From Elusimicrobiota bacterium (GTDB lineage: Bacteria; Elusimicrobiota; Elusimicrobia; F11), in the NCBI GenBank assembly GCA_046153645.1, contig JBJXGI010000053.1:27022-91021 (forward strand): a stretch of 64,000 nt of DNA, written 5' to 3'. Shown here piece after piece: positions 39,340 through 49,546 of the stretch; the stretch's first letter is position 1, and each line of letters opens with the position of its first letter. The notes under the pieces are model-generated. The model was not told the origin of the DNA, did no database searches, and saw only the letters and a list, made by a program, of their open reading frames with translations. Made by a program: the position numbers and the translations under genes.

Positions 39340-39942
39340 ATGCCAAAACTAGTTTTGGTCCGACATGGACAATCACAATGGAATTTAGAAAACCGTTTTA
39401 CCGGGTGGGTGGATGTTGATTTAACCGCTCAAGGCGAGCAAGAAGCCAAAAGAGCCGGAGAACAATTAAAAGATTTTAAATTTGACAAAGCCTTTACTTC
39501 CGATTTAAAACGTGCTCAAAAAACATTGCAACTGATACTAGAAGTGATCAAACAATCAAATATTCCTATTGAAAAAGACAAAGCCTTGAACGAGCGCCAT
39601 TATGGTGATTTGCAAGGATTGGACAAAGCTGAAACCGCGAAAAAATATGGAGATGAACAAGTCCACATTTGGCGCCGCAGTTATGATGTCCCCCCGCCTA
39701 ACGGCGAAAGCCTCAAAGATACCGCCGCCCGCACATTACCCTACTTTCGCAATATCATTGTTTCGGAACTTAAATCAGGCAAAAACATCATCGTGGCGGC
39801 TCACGGCAATAGTTTACGTTCTATTATTATGGAATTGGACAAACTTTCGGAAAAACAAGTACTGGAACTGAATTTAGGAACCGCCGTCCCTGTCATCTAT
39901 GAGTTTGACTTAAAGAATGGCGGTTTTAAAAAAGAAAAATAA
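39340..39942 (+). CDS. gpmA: 2,3-bisphosphoglycerate-dependent phosphoglycerate mutase
   Basis: [30 protein letters not shown]. Confidence 0.95.
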   Translation: MPKLVLVRHGQSQWNLENRFTGWVDVDLTAQGEQEAKRAGEQLKDFKFDKAFTSDLKRAQKTLQLILEVIKQSNIPIEKDKALNERHYGDLQGLDKAETAKKYGDEQVHIWRRSYDVPPPNGESLKDTAARTLPYFRNIIVSELKSGKNIIVAAHGNSLRSIIMELDKLSEKQVLELNLGTAVPVIYEFDLKNGGFKKEK

Positions 39943-39986
39943 CCCTGTCTAAGGATTTTTCACCTCAAACAGGGTTACAAAAAAAG
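39940..39986. terminator. Hairpin between convergent genes, probable terminator
   Basis: TAACCCTGT...ACAGGGTTA flanked by A tracts. Confidence 0.5.
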
Positions 39987-39994
39987 TTTATTTT

Positions 39995-40333
39995 TTAAGG
40001 TAAATGGTTACAACACAACTGGCTTTGTTGCGCTCCATATGGGGTCAGCGTACCATTTGGGCCCGACCACGTAGTTTCCTCGCCATTCCCACAATCAGAT
40101 TGTGATTTGAAGATATATTCACATTCACATTTGGTTGTAGGAGGTAAACCTGTTTCCCTATTGACTGGACAATCAGGATCATCTACCAGACCATCTTCAT
40201 CGTAATCATTTGTATATTCGGAATTAATACCACATGTTAGTTCTGGACATTCTGGCTTTACAGTGGGAGCGTTAGAAAAACCCACAGCCACAAAACCGAA
40301 AGAAAGAACTAAAAACAACAATTCTTTTTTCAT
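39995..40333 (-). CDS. Small secreted cysteine-rich protein
   Basis: ATG 40333 with GGAGGT RBS; signal peptide; 8 Cys and a DYDEDGLVD motif in the mature part. Confidence 0.7.
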   Translation of the reverse strand: MKKELLFLVLSFGFVAVGFSNAPTVKPECPELTCGINSEYTNDYDEDGLVDDPDCPVNRETGLPPTTKCECEYIFKSQSDCGNGEETTWSGPNGTLTPYGAQQSQLCCNHLP

Positions 40334-40457
40334 ATTCAATACCTCCTCAATTTCCCCAAACATAAGAAGTATAAGTGGAAAATCGCCTTAATTTCAAATT
40401 AAGAATTGACGAAATCCATTTTGAGTTGATTTATAGATATAAAAAAAAGCCAAAATT

Positions 40458-41225
40458 TTACGGGGCAGACGTTTTTAATAGCCGTTGAATGACCTCTTCA
40501 AAATCTGCAATAGGACGGGCGCCGGAAAGTTTAACGCCGTTAATTAGAAAGCCTGGGGTCCCGCTGATGCCTAATGATTTTGCTTCTGCTTTATCAGCGT
40601 TAATTCGAGTCATAACAGACTGAGACTCTAAATCGGCCTCTAATTTTTTCATATCCAAGTTAAGTTCTTTGGCAATTTTTTTAAATATTTTTTCTTTTTC
40701 TTCTTTTAATTTACCTTGGTTTCTAAACACTTCATCGTAAAACTGATAGGCTTTTTCTGCGCTTTGCAGACCAATCGCTTCAAAATATTGAGCTGCTGGA
40801 AGAGCAAGCGGATGAAAATCCAAAGGGAAATGTTTAAACACGAGTCTCACTTTATCTCCATAAATTTTTCTAATTTCTTCAACGGTCTCAAAGCCTTTTT
40901 TGCAATAAGGACATTGAAAATCAGAATACTCAACAATGGTAATCGGAGCGTTTATATGACCGCGAATGGCACGGTCTGATTCAATGACAGGATTTTTAGG
41001 GTTTTTAAAATTTTCTTCTTTTTCTCGCTCCTCTGCTAACTTGCGAGCGTCAACATTGGCCTTAGTAAAAACATCCATGAATTTCTCTGGATTATCTTGG
41101 ATGGTTTTAAAAACAATATCCGGGTTTTTTAGAATGGCATTTTTTATCTGCGAATTTGAAACACAACCAGAATATAATACTCCGCTCATAAAAACAGAAC
41201 AAATTAACACCTGTCTATAAAACAT
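40458..41225 (-). CDS. DsbA-family thioredoxin lipoprotein
   Basis: Lipobox YSGC, EYSDFQCPYC, cis-Pro GTP. Confidence 0.88.
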   Translation of the reverse strand: MFYRQVLICSVFMSGVLYSGCVSNSQIKNAILKNPDIVFKTIQDNPEKFMDVFTKANVDARKLAEEREKEENFKNPKNPVIESDRAIRGHINAPITIVEYSDFQCPYCKKGFETVEEIRKIYGDKVRLVFKHFPLDFHPLALPAAQYFEAIGLQSAEKAYQFYDEVFRNQGKLKEEKEKIFKKIAKELNLDMKKLEADLESQSVMTRINADKAEAKSLGISGTPGFLINGVKLSGARPIADFEEVIQRLLKTSAP

Positions 41226-41253
41226 AGGTTCTCCTGTAAAAAAAATACGTATT

Positions 41254-41862
41254 TCATTGCGCGGGTTTTATGCTAACAACATTTGAAATGGGATATTCAA
41301 AGGGGCCAAGGCCCGGCAACTCAACTTTATAAGAAGTAGCTGTTTTTTCTAATAATATTCCAGGAACAACCCGTCCGCCTTTTAATTCAAGATTGACCAT
41401 TGTCCCAAGATAAGGAGATACCGCCTCTTGCCGCTTTCTTTTTGATTTTGTCACCGGTTTAGAAGCGGGCGCATTAACAAAAACTGAGGAGTCAGACTGT
41501 GCCACCACTTTTTTGCGTTTTCTTTTGCGTTTTACTTTAGCTGACACAGAAGTAACCAAAGGAGCTTCTTCAACTTTAACTTCTTGAACTGTAGAAGAAG
41601 CAATGACAACTTCAGTTTCAACTGCTGGGTCCGCAATTACCAATGGGAGAACTACGTCTTTTTCCTCAACAATCGTATTAAGGGAAGTCAAAGGAACCAC
41701 AGCAGAATCTGATGACTTAAAAAAACCCATCCAATCAGACACACTTTGCCGCAAATCAGAAAAAAAAGATTTTTTCTCCCCAGAGCCCCCTCTTAAAGGA
41801 CCCAAGGCGAGACCAGCGCCAACCACTCCTACCAATAATAAATGACCAATCGTTATTCTCAT
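41254..41862 (-). CDS. Hypothetical membrane-anchored protein with Lys-rich linker and small C-terminal beta domain
   Basis: N-terminal hydrophobic helix, KRKRKRKK run, LELKGG..V.G.L C-domain. Confidence 0.55.
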   Translation of the reverse strand: MRITIGHLLLVGVVGAGLALGPLRGGSGEKKSFFSDLRQSVSDWMGFFKSSDSAVVPLTSLNTIVEEKDVVLPLVIADPAVETEVVIASSTVQEVKVEEAPLVTSVSAKVKRKRKRKKVVAQSDSSVFVNAPASKPVTKSKRKRQEAVSPYLGTMVNLELKGGRVVPGILLEKTATSYKVELPGLGPFEYPISNVVSIKPAQ

Positions 41863-41919
41863 ATTAAACTCACGTTAGAACAACTTGCGTCAAACACACT
41901 CAAAAATCAAGTCGATTTT

Positions 41920-43620
41920 TTAATTTTCATTAAATTCAGAGGCGGGAGCGCCATAGGCACTCAGTTGTGGAGATAGTCTTGAAAATAAATTAATTTTTCC
42001 GGATAGAACTTCTTCAACCGCTGAAATAACATGAACAGATTCTAACTGCGCCTGAAGAGCCTTTAAAGCAATGGGCAAATGCTCCAGTTGTTTCATATCG
42101 TGAATCAACAATTCTTGGTGAGGGGGCACATAAAATTGAAACATTCTTGACTTATAAAAACGATACAAAAGAGACAAATCCCCCATCGGCATATCAACTC
42201 CGATATAAGATTTTAAAACGCCATCTACATTTTTTTGCCTTGGGACAAAAACGATACGCCCTCCATATTCACGTAGCACTCTTCTCGTTGCAGGCATTAC
42301 ACACCATTGACGCATTGCATTGTAGGCGGGATGCTGCCCTTTATTTTCTTCAAGATATTTCCCAATCGCGGGCTCAACCGCGCGAGAAAGAGCTGGGAAT
42401 GAGTTCTCGTGCGTCTCTGTTAATATATGAATATCGGGATTTCCGAAGGTAAGGCCTGTACCACCTTTTTGTTTTTCAGGATTGGCCACTGTCTCAATGA
42501 CATCAACATATCCCTTCTCAAAAGTATCAAGCGCATAAGCCAATGATTTGGGATTAATAATTTCGACCGTATGACGGTCCATATCGTTGATCCGTATAAT
42601 ATTCAAAAAAGACGCGCCTCGAGACTCCAGGTAAAAAAAGGCATCCAGCTCCATGGGTTTAATAGGGCGACCCGATTCGGTATACGTCGTAAAACCACCC
42701 GTCCGAGCCGCTTGAATAAGCGCGTATAAGTGCCCCACCGCATCTTCCGACCAATTGTCTTCAATTGTTGAGACAACGCCTTCAGATGAAACGTTTAACC
42801 CGCGAGGCAATTCCTGTTCAATGGTAACAAGGTTCTGTGGATTAAAACCATAAAACTGAAATGTTTCCCTAAGAGACTTGTCATGCAAAAGACTTACGTC
42901 ATTTCTTCGGCTTACAAAAAATAAAATTTTTTGGTTTTTAATGGCTTTTTTATAAAGAGCCACGGCACTTTTTTTTGACACCCTGCCAGATTCAACCTCA
43001 TCTGTCACAATCCGACGAAGAGCAGCTCGAATTAATATAGGTTGCATCGGACCAAAAGAAGAATTCAAAATAAAATCGACCGCTTCACTCTTTTGTTGAG
43101 CAGCTGTTTCTCTCACTTTTTTTAATTGCAAGGTTGTTTCTTTGATAATTTGACTGGCGGTATCATCTTTCGAAGAAAGTGTTTGAGACAAAAACTGTTC
43201 TACAAAAGGAATTAATTTTAAAGAATAAAATGGTCCTTGCCTGAATCGAGACGCTTCTCCTGCTTGAAATAAAACATGAACTACTTTTCCCTCTAAAATC
43301 GCTCGATTGGCTTCTTCGGTGGCAGGTTTTGATAAATCAACACGGTCTGCTTTGACTATTCCAACCAATCCCTCCAAGGGAGCATCAGAATCAAACAAAG
43401 GATTAGAACCATGCGAACGAATGAAAACTTCAAGCTCTGTCTTTTTGCCTCTCTCCAACAAACGACCTAAGGTTTTCAATTCATGTTCAGATAAACCAGA
43501 CTCAAGCTCAGAAAGTGCCGCTTGTTCAAAATTTTCTTTTGACAAAAAAGCTTCAATTCCCATTCTTTTTGATCTAAAACCCTGCCATCTTTTTAATGGT
43601 ATCGGACAATCCCAATTCAT
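41920..43620 (-). CDS. Divergent UDPGP/UAP-like nucleotidyltransferase (tentative)
   Basis: ILEGKVVHVLFQAGEASRF resembles the GKVAVLLLAGG.GTRL loop; also EQ..P, GH, NDMD, KGG. Start could be 43563. Confidence 0.5.
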   Translation of the reverse strand: MNWDCPIPLKRWQGFRSKRMGIEAFLSKENFEQAALSELESGLSEHELKTLGRLLERGKKTELEVFIRSHGSNPLFDSDAPLEGLVGIVKADRVDLSKPATEEANRAILEGKVVHVLFQAGEASRFRQGPFYSLKLIPFVEQFLSQTLSSKDDTASQIIKETTLQLKKVRETAAQQKSEAVDFILNSSFGPMQPILIRAALRRIVTDEVESGRVSKKSAVALYKKAIKNQKILFFVSRRNDVSLLHDKSLRETFQFYGFNPQNLVTIEQELPRGLNVSSEGVVSTIEDNWSEDAVGHLYALIQAARTGGFTTYTESGRPIKPMELDAFFYLESRGASFLNIIRINDMDRHTVEIINPKSLAYALDTFEKGYVDVIETVANPEKQKGGTGLTFGNPDIHILTETHENSFPALSRAVEPAIGKYLEENKGQHPAYNAMRQWCVMPATRRVLREYGGRIVFVPRQKNVDGVLKSYIGVDMPMGDLSLLYRFYKSRMFQFYVPPHQELLIHDMKQLEHLPIALKALQAQLESVHVISAVEEVLSGKINLFSRLSPQLSAYGAPASEFNEN

Positions 43621-43656
43621 TGAAATTCCTTATTTATTATTCGCATAAAAATCATA

Positions 43657-44127
43657 CTAAGAGGAAAGAGATTTATTGCCTAGTTCAACCGATTGAAACA
43701 TTTTCACAACAGAATCAAGAACTCGCTTTAGCGAAAAAAGGATTTCCCTCTCTGCCAAAGCCAATACCGGCTGAGTTAATACAGGTTGAGATTTTAGAGA
43801 TTGGTCAATAAGATTTAAACAATTGATTTCAATATCATGAAACTGGCGACTTATATGCGCGTCCACATGATTTTCATTTTCGTCAAAGAGTAAAAACATT
43901 TGCTCAAAATAAACAAATGACTGATAAATCACTTTATTCGGGGTTGCAAGAAAGAGGCGGCTTTCTTTCAAAAAAGACCTCAATTCTTGGACAAACAAAC
44001 AATCCGCTGAAGATCTCAATAAATCCTGAAAAGAAGAATAAGCTTCGTCGTTTTCTTCAACCAAGGATTTTTTATAAGCAGAACATAAGAGAGCTAATTT
44101 TTGATATTTTTTCTTTCTAAAAAACAT
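43657..44127 (-). CDS. Hypothetical protein
   Basis: In-frame ATG 44127 (MFFRKKK) avoids overlap with the upstream gene; helical, no family recognised. Confidence 0.5.
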   Translation of the reverse strand: MFFRKKKYQKLALLCSAYKKSLVEENDEAYSSFQDLLRSSADCLFVQELRSFLKESRLFLATPNKVIYQSFVYFEQMFLLFDENENHVDAHISRQFHDIEINCLNLIDQSLKSQPVLTQPVLALAEREILFSLKRVLDSVVKMFQSVELGNKSLSS

Positions 44128-44131
44128 CAAC

Positions 44132-44653
44132 TCAACAAGAAACCCTGTTTTTAAGGGAAGGAAAACGAAGGGAGGCCAACAAAAAACTCCCAAATAAAAT
44201 AGAAGAAAAAACGAAATCGCCAACCATCGTATTTCTAAAAAACGGAATAGCCGCGACAAAACATTGAGCAAGACCACTTAATGTGAGTGGATATAAACCG
44301 CCAGACATCCACACGCCGAAATTAGAAATGATAAAAAAAAGAACTGACGTTGCCATACTGGAAAAAACCCATCGAGAAAATATTAAAGATTCTTTTAACC
44401 AAAAACCTACAAACACAATTGAAACATATGACAAATAGACAAATCCGATCCCAGGGTAAAAGCCTAAAAACAAATCACTGATAAAAACGGCCAATAAGGG
44501 AACAAGAAAAGCATGCTTTTTTTGTTCAAATTGAGCGCCCGCAAACAGAGCCATTGCACCAACGGGTGTAAAATTCCAGGGATGGGGAATGAGTCTCGAA
44601 AGAGCAGCCAGGCCAATCATGCCAACAATGGTTAAAAATCGGAACTGAAACAT
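44132..44653 (-). CDS. DUF6580 / ECF S-component-like membrane protein
   Basis: SRLIPHPWNFTPVGAMALF, SD, SNFGVW, AIPFF.N; about 5 TMs. Confidence 0.75.
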   Translation of the reverse strand: MFQFRFLTIVGMIGLAALSRLIPHPWNFTPVGAMALFAGAQFEQKKHAFLVPLLAVFISDLFLGFYPGIGFVYLSYVSIVFVGFWLKESLIFSRWVFSSMATSVLFFIISNFGVWMSGGLYPLTLSGLAQCFVAAIPFFRNTMVGDFVFSSILFGSFLLASLRFPSLKNRVSC

Positions 44654-44713
44654 AAGAAAACTCCTCGTTTAAAATATGGTTAAAGTAACAGAAAAATGAT
44701 CACTTATTCTACT

Positions 44714-45223
44714 CTATTTAAGAAAGTCTTTGATCACACCCCACCTATTCTTTTTTTCTTCCAAAGACATCATGGCATTGGCCGGACTGCTTGAAGGAAG
44801 ACAAAATACGGGAACAAAAATTTTACCTGCGTGCGCTTTTTGAAACACAGAAAACGCAAACTTTCCATTAATAAAAATGGCTCTAAGAGATGGGTATTTA
44901 TTTAACAAATCCGGCACTGGATTGGGCGCTACATTGCGAATCGAACTATCCAATGCTCCCGGCCTTTCACAGGACTCAATAACATCCCAAAGCGCAATAT
45001 GATGTTTTTTAATAAGTGCCAATTTCAATTCATATGAATCTGGTTTTGGGAGATGAAAAAGAGCGGGAATAATGGACCAAAAATGATTTCCACTAAAACC
45101 ATAATACTCTTGTTTCCGCAGGGCTTCTGGCCCAGGCATAGAACCCAAAATAAGAACTTGAGAGCTTTCATGAATGAAAGGTTTAAAACTATGACAATAA
45201 TCTTTACTTTTTTTTATTTTCAT
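44714..45223 (-). CDS. UDG superfamily DNA glycosylase (hypoxanthine/Mug-like)
   Basis: ILGSMPG, YY...N.FW, LWDV, LDS.I, NG, LPSSSPAN. Confidence 0.88.
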   Translation of the reverse strand: MKIKKSKDYCHSFKPFIHESSQVLILGSMPGPEALRKQEYYGFSGNHFWSIIPALFHLPKPDSYELKLALIKKHHIALWDVIESCERPGALDSSIRNVAPNPVPDLLNKYPSLRAIFINGKFAFSVFQKAHAGKIFVPVFCLPSSSPANAMMSLEEKKNRWGVIKDFLK

Positions 45224-45287
45224 AAAAATATAATGAACATTGAAATACTAATATAAGATATTCCATCTTTTACTTTAAGGAGTCTTT

Positions 45288-45803
45288 ATGAAACAAATAT
45301 TCTTCATGAGTTTATTTAGTTTTTTTCTCTTTCAATCAGCCTTTGCTAAAACAGGAGTTGCCAATATGATCGGAACTTCTCCCGAATCAAAAGTTACTGG
45401 TTCCATAAAATTTGAAGAAACCAAACAAGGACTTAAAATCGAAGCTTTGATTCAAAATGTGCCTACTGGTGATAAAGGCTTCCATATTCATGAGTTTGGA
45501 GATTGTGGCGATTTGGGTAAAAAAGCGGGCGGTCACTATAATCCTCAGAATCATGCACATGGGAATGCCATTAAAAATGGGGTTCATAAAGCACATGCCG
45601 GTGATTTGGGCAACATCACCATTAATAGTGATGGAACCGGAACACTGACAACCACCATCAAAAACCTCTCTCTCAGTGGAGGAAAGTTTTCGGTGGGAGG
45701 AAGAGCCGTTATTCTTCATGAAAAAACCGATGACTTTAGCCAACCCACCGGAAATGCGGGAGCGAGAATTGGCTGTGCTCCTATTATTATTACTGGCAAC
45801 TAG
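45288..45803 (+). CDS. sodC: Cu/Zn superoxide dismutase
   Basis: Signal peptide, GFHIHE.G.C, GGHYNP, H.GDLGNI, GNAGARIGC. Confidence 0.95.
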   Translation: MKQIFFMSLFSFFLFQSAFAKTGVANMIGTSPESKVTGSIKFEETKQGLKIEALIQNVPTGDKGFHIHEFGDCGDLGKKAGGHYNPQNHAHGNAIKNGVHKAHAGDLGNITINSDGTGTLTTTIKNLSLSGGKFSVGGRAVILHEKTDDFSQPTGNAGARIGCAPIIITGN

Positions 45804-46690
45804 TTTAAATGTCGGCTGAGGCAACCTTTTAAATCTGGAAAATCAAACTTAAAACCATTGGCTTCTAATTTAGCGGGTTTAATGCGGTTACTGGCAAGAA
45901 AGAGGGCCTCTGCCATCTCGCCAAAAGCCAATTTGGCGGCAAAAGCTGGCATGGGGAATAATGTGGGTCGAGACAAAACATACCCCATTGCTTCTGTAAA
46001 TTCTTTGTTTGTCACAGGCTGCGGTGCAACCACATTAACCGGCCCCTGAATAGCAGGGGTATTTATGGTATGAACGATGGCTTTGGCTGCATCAGCAATA
46101 TCAATCCAACTCCAGTATTGTTTCCCACTTCCAATAACCCCACCCAGTCCCAACTTAAATGGAAGTTTCATGTTCTTTAAAGCCCCATGCCCGGCCCCCA
46201 AAATAACCCCAAACCTCATATTGGCAACTCGAATATTTTTTTCTTTGAGTGGAGAGGTTGCATTTTCCCATTCTTGGCAGACGTCCGCCAAAAACCCTTC
46301 ACCTTTAGATGATTCTTCAGTTAATACGTCTTCACCCCGATCACCATAAAATCCAATAGCAGAAGCACAAATGAAAAGAGTGGGCGGTTTTGGAAGCGCG
46401 AGAACGGCTGAGACCAGCTGCTGGGTATATTTAACTCGACTGTCTCGAATCTTTTTTTTGAAGTCGTCATTCCAGCGACTATTAACAATGTTTTCTCCAG
46501 AGAGGTGAACCACAGCATCAAATTGTTCAGCCGGAGGAACCATAAATTGCCCATAACGTGAATCCCATAAAACATCATTTCCAACGGATGCAGCTCGCAT
46601 GAGTCGAATAGGCGTATGCCCATTTTTTCTTAATTCATTTAACACATGAGATCCAACAAATCCTGTTGAGCCACTGACCAATACTTTCAT
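45800..46690 (-). CDS. TIGR01777 family NAD-dependent epimerase
   Basis: SGSTGFVG, ASAIGFYG, FLA.VC..WE, G.G.Q..SWI. Confidence 0.9.
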   Translation of the reverse strand: MKVLVSGSTGFVGSHVLNELRKNGHTPIRLMRAASVGNDVLWDSRYGQFMVPPAEQFDAVVHLSGENIVNSRWNDDFKKKIRDSRVKYTQQLVSAVLALPKPPTLFICASAIGFYGDRGEDVLTEESSKGEGFLADVCQEWENATSPLKEKNIRVANMRFGVILGAGHGALKNMKLPFKLGLGGVIGSGKQYWSWIDIADAAKAIVHTINTPAIQGPVNVVAPQPVTNKEFTEAMGYVLSRPTLFPMPAFAAKLAFGEMAEALFLASNRIKPAKLEANGFKFDFPDLKGCLSRHLN

Positions 46691-46776
46691 GAGAAACCTC
46701 CAACAATATTTTGCTTAAAATAGCATAACCGCTGGTGCTACAGTAAGTCTTCCATAGAAATAATTTATTATTTTTA

Positions 46777-46803
46777 TTGGCACTCTCGCATAAAGAGTGC
46801 TAA
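46777..46803 (+). promoter_or_regulatory. CIRCE element (HrcA operator)
   Basis: TTGGCACTC-N9-GAGTGCTAA, 37 nt upstream of clpB. Confidence 0.92.
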
Positions 46804-46840
46804 CATTACAATCAATACACGTCACATAGGGAGGAAAAGC

Positions 46841-49426
46841 ATGTTACGGTTCGATAAATTAACCATGAAGGCACAAGAAGCAGTTGAACAGGCTATTCAG
46901 CTTGCTAAAAATAATTCTCAGCAACAAGTTGAGGTTGAACATTTATTATTGGGATTGTTGAAAGTCGAAGACAGCATTACAATTCCCCTTCTCCAAAAAA
47001 TAGGCGTTAATACCACATCTTTAAAAACTGACCTTACCTCTATTATTGAGGCCAAACCCAAAGTACAAGGCGGAAATGCCCAGGAATATTTTTCAGGAAG
47101 ACTAAATCAACTGTTCACAAAAGCTCAAAATGAAGCCCTTAATCTTAAAGACGAATTTATTAGTACAGAACATCTTTTATTGGCCGCTTTGGAAGATACA
47201 GATAATCAACTACTTAGTGTTTTTAGGAAAAATGCCGTTAAAAAAGATCAAATTCTTCTGGCGCTCAAAGAAATTAGAGGCGCTCAAAGAGTAACCGATC
47301 AAAACCCTGAAGACAAATATCAGGTTTTGGAAAAATACGGAAAAGATTTAACCGAACTGGCACGCGCGGGGAAACTAGATCCTGTTATTGGCCGCGATAA
47401 CGAAATTCGTCGAGCCATTCAAGTTCTTTCTCGACGCACCAAAAATAACCCTGTTCTCATTGGAGATCCCGGAACCGGAAAAACAGCCATCGCCGAAGGT
47501 TTGGCCAAAAGAATTTCAGATGGGGATGTTCCTTCCACTTTAAAAAATAAGAAAATTTTTTCATTGGATATTGGCTCTATGATTGCTGGGGCCAAGTACC
47601 GCGGCGAATTTGAGGATCGTTTAAAAGCCGTCTTAAAAGAAATTGAATCTCGTGGTGGAGAAATCATTCTCTTTATTGATGAACTTCATACGATTGTGGG
47701 TGCTGGCGCCACGGAAGGGGCGATGGACGCCTCCAACATGCTCAAGCCCGCTTTGGCTCGTGGCCAACTGCGTTGCATTGGCGCTACCACACTTGATGAA
47801 TACCGCAAGTACGTTGAAAAAGACAAAGCCTTAGAACGCCGGTTTCAACCTATTTTTATTGGGGAACCCACTTTAGAAGACACCATTGCAATCTTGCGCG
47901 GGCTCAAAGAGCGTTACGAAATTTATCATGGTGTCAGAATCAAAGATTCGGCTTTAGTCGCCGCCGCAACTCTATCAGACCGATATATTTCTGATCGCTT
48001 TTTGCCTGATAAAGCCATCGACTTAATTGATGAAGCCACTTCCAAATTAAGAATCGAAATTGACAGCATGCCAACTGAACTCGATGAGTTAACACGAAAA
48101 ATGACTCAGCTTGAAATTGAACGGCAAGCACTTCTAAAAGAACAAGATATTGCGTCTAAAGAAAGACTAAAAAAGTTAGAAGAAGAATTAGACAACCTAA
48201 AAGAATCTTCCAAAGAAATGAAACTAAGATGGAGTTCCGAAAAAGAAAGCATCGACCGAATTCGCAAAACCAAAGAGGCCATTGAAAAAGCCAAACTTGA
48301 CAGCTCCCGCTACGAAAAAGAGGGTCAGCTCGATAAAGTAGCTGAAATTCGTTACGGCACTCTCAGAGAACTTGAAGCCACATTATCCAAAGAAGAAAAG
48401 AAAATATCTGAACTTCAAAAAAAGCAAAAAATGCTTAAAGAAGAAGTGGATGAAGAAGATATTGCCGAAGTAGTTTCCAAATGGACGGGGATTCCTTTAT
48501 CTAAACTCATGGAAGGCGAAGTTGAAAAATTAATCAAGATGGAAGAGTGTCTTAACGAAAAAATCATCGGCCAAGACGAAGCGGTAGCCATGATTTCAAA
48601 TGCGGTCCGGCGTTCTCGCTCAGGCCTTTCTGATCCCAACCGCCCGATTGGTTCATTTATTTTCATGGGACCCACCGGTGTTGGCAAAACACATTTGGCC
48701 AAAACATTGGCGTGGTTTTTATTTGATGATGAAAACGCCATGATCCGCATAGACATGTCGGAATACATGGAAAAGCATTCAGTTAGTCGATTAATCGGAG
48801 CGCCTCCTGGATACGTGGGTTATGAAGAAGGCGGGCAACTGACCGAAAAAGTGCGAAGACGTCCTTACGCCGTTATTTTATTTGATGAAATTGAAAAAGC
48901 ACATGGCGATGTATTTAACATCCTTCTTCAAATCCTTGAAGATGGCAGGCTTACCGACGGACAAGGACGAATTGTTAATTTCAAAAATACAGTCATTATT
49001 TTAACGTCAAATATTGGAAGTGCTCACTTTACGACTATAAAGTCTAAAGAAGAATTGCGCGCGCTTGTTTTTGGAGATCTCAAAAGGAACTTTAGACCTG
49101 AACTCATTAATAGAATTGACGAAATTATTATCTTCAATAAATTAACTCAAGAAAACATCGTTAAAATTGTTGATATTCAATTAGAAGATTTGAAGAGAAA
49201 ATTAGAGAAAAGACATATCGAACTTCACGTTGATAAAGCAGCCAAAGAAAAAATTGCAACCCTGGGATATGATGCCGATTTTGGGGCCCGGCCTTTAAGA
49301 AGATACATTCAAAAAGAAATTCAAGATACTTTGGCGCTTAAGCTATTGAAAGGTGAATACAAAGACGGGGATAAAATCAATATTGAAATAACGAAATCAG
49401 GATCTTTTAGTTTTAATAAAAAATGA
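46841..49426 (+). CDS. clpB: ATP-dependent chaperone ClpB
   Basis: Two AAA modules ([16 protein letters not shown]), coiled-coil M domain, [17 protein letters not shown]. Confidence 0.97.
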   Translation: MLRFDKLTMKAQEAVEQAIQLAKNNSQQQVEVEHLLLGLLKVEDSITIPLLQKIGVNTTSLKTDLTSIIEAKPKVQGGNAQEYFSGRLNQLFTKAQNEALNLKDEFISTEHLLLAALEDTDNQLLSVFRKNAVKKDQILLALKEIRGAQRVTDQNPEDKYQVLEKYGKDLTELARAGKLDPVIGRDNEIRRAIQVLSRRTKNNPVLIGDPGTGKTAIAEGLAKRISDGDVPSTLKNKKIFSLDIGSMIAGAKYRGEFEDRLKAVLKEIESRGGEIILFIDELHTIVGAGATEGAMDASNMLKPALARGQLRCIGATTLDEYRKYVEKDKALERRFQPIFIGEPTLEDTIAILRGLKERYEIYHGVRIKDSALVAAATLSDRYISDRFLPDKAIDLIDEATSKLRIEIDSMPTELDELTRKMTQLEIERQALLKEQDIASKERLKKLEEELDNLKESSKEMKLRWSSEKESIDRIRKTKEAIEKAKLDSSRYEKEGQLDKVAEIRYGTLRELEATLSKEEKKISELQKKQKMLKEEVDEEDIAEVVSKWTGIPLSKLMEGEVEKLIKMEECLNEKIIGQDEAVAMISNAVRRSRSGLSDPNRPIGSFIFMGPTGVGKTHLAKTLAWFLFDDENAMIRIDMSEYMEKHSVSRLIGAPPGYVGYEEGGQLTEKVRRRPYAVILFDEIEKAHGDVFNILLQILEDGRLTDGQGRIVNFKNTVIILTSNIGSAHFTTIKSKEELRALVFGDLKRNFRPELINRIDEIIIFNKLTQENIVKIVDIQLEDLKRKLEKRHIELHVDKAAKEKIATLGYDADFGARPLRRYIQKEIQDTLALKLLKGEYKDGDKINIEITKSGSFSFNKK

Positions 49427-49489
49427 AATATAGCTACCAAAAAATGTTTTTAATACGAGTTAACGGACCCCTGAAAGCTTAACGCCCAT

Positions 49490-49540
49490 GCAAAACTTTA
49501 TATAGAAAGTTTTGCTTCAACGCAAAACTTTCTATATACT
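49490..49540 (+). promoter_or_regulatory. Leaderless promoter embedded in a perfect 17-bp inverted repeat
   Basis: TATATAGAAAGTTTTGC-TTCAAC-GCAAAACTTTCTATATA (49499-49538); TTGCTT-17-TATACT with ATG 6 nt later; extra half-site at 49490. Confidence 0.75.
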
Positions 49541-49546
49541 TATTAC

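Noticed and set aside
44128..44277. N-terminal extension of the 206-aa ORF
   Set aside because: Overlaps the DUF6580 gene in another frame; ATG 44127 is more plausible.
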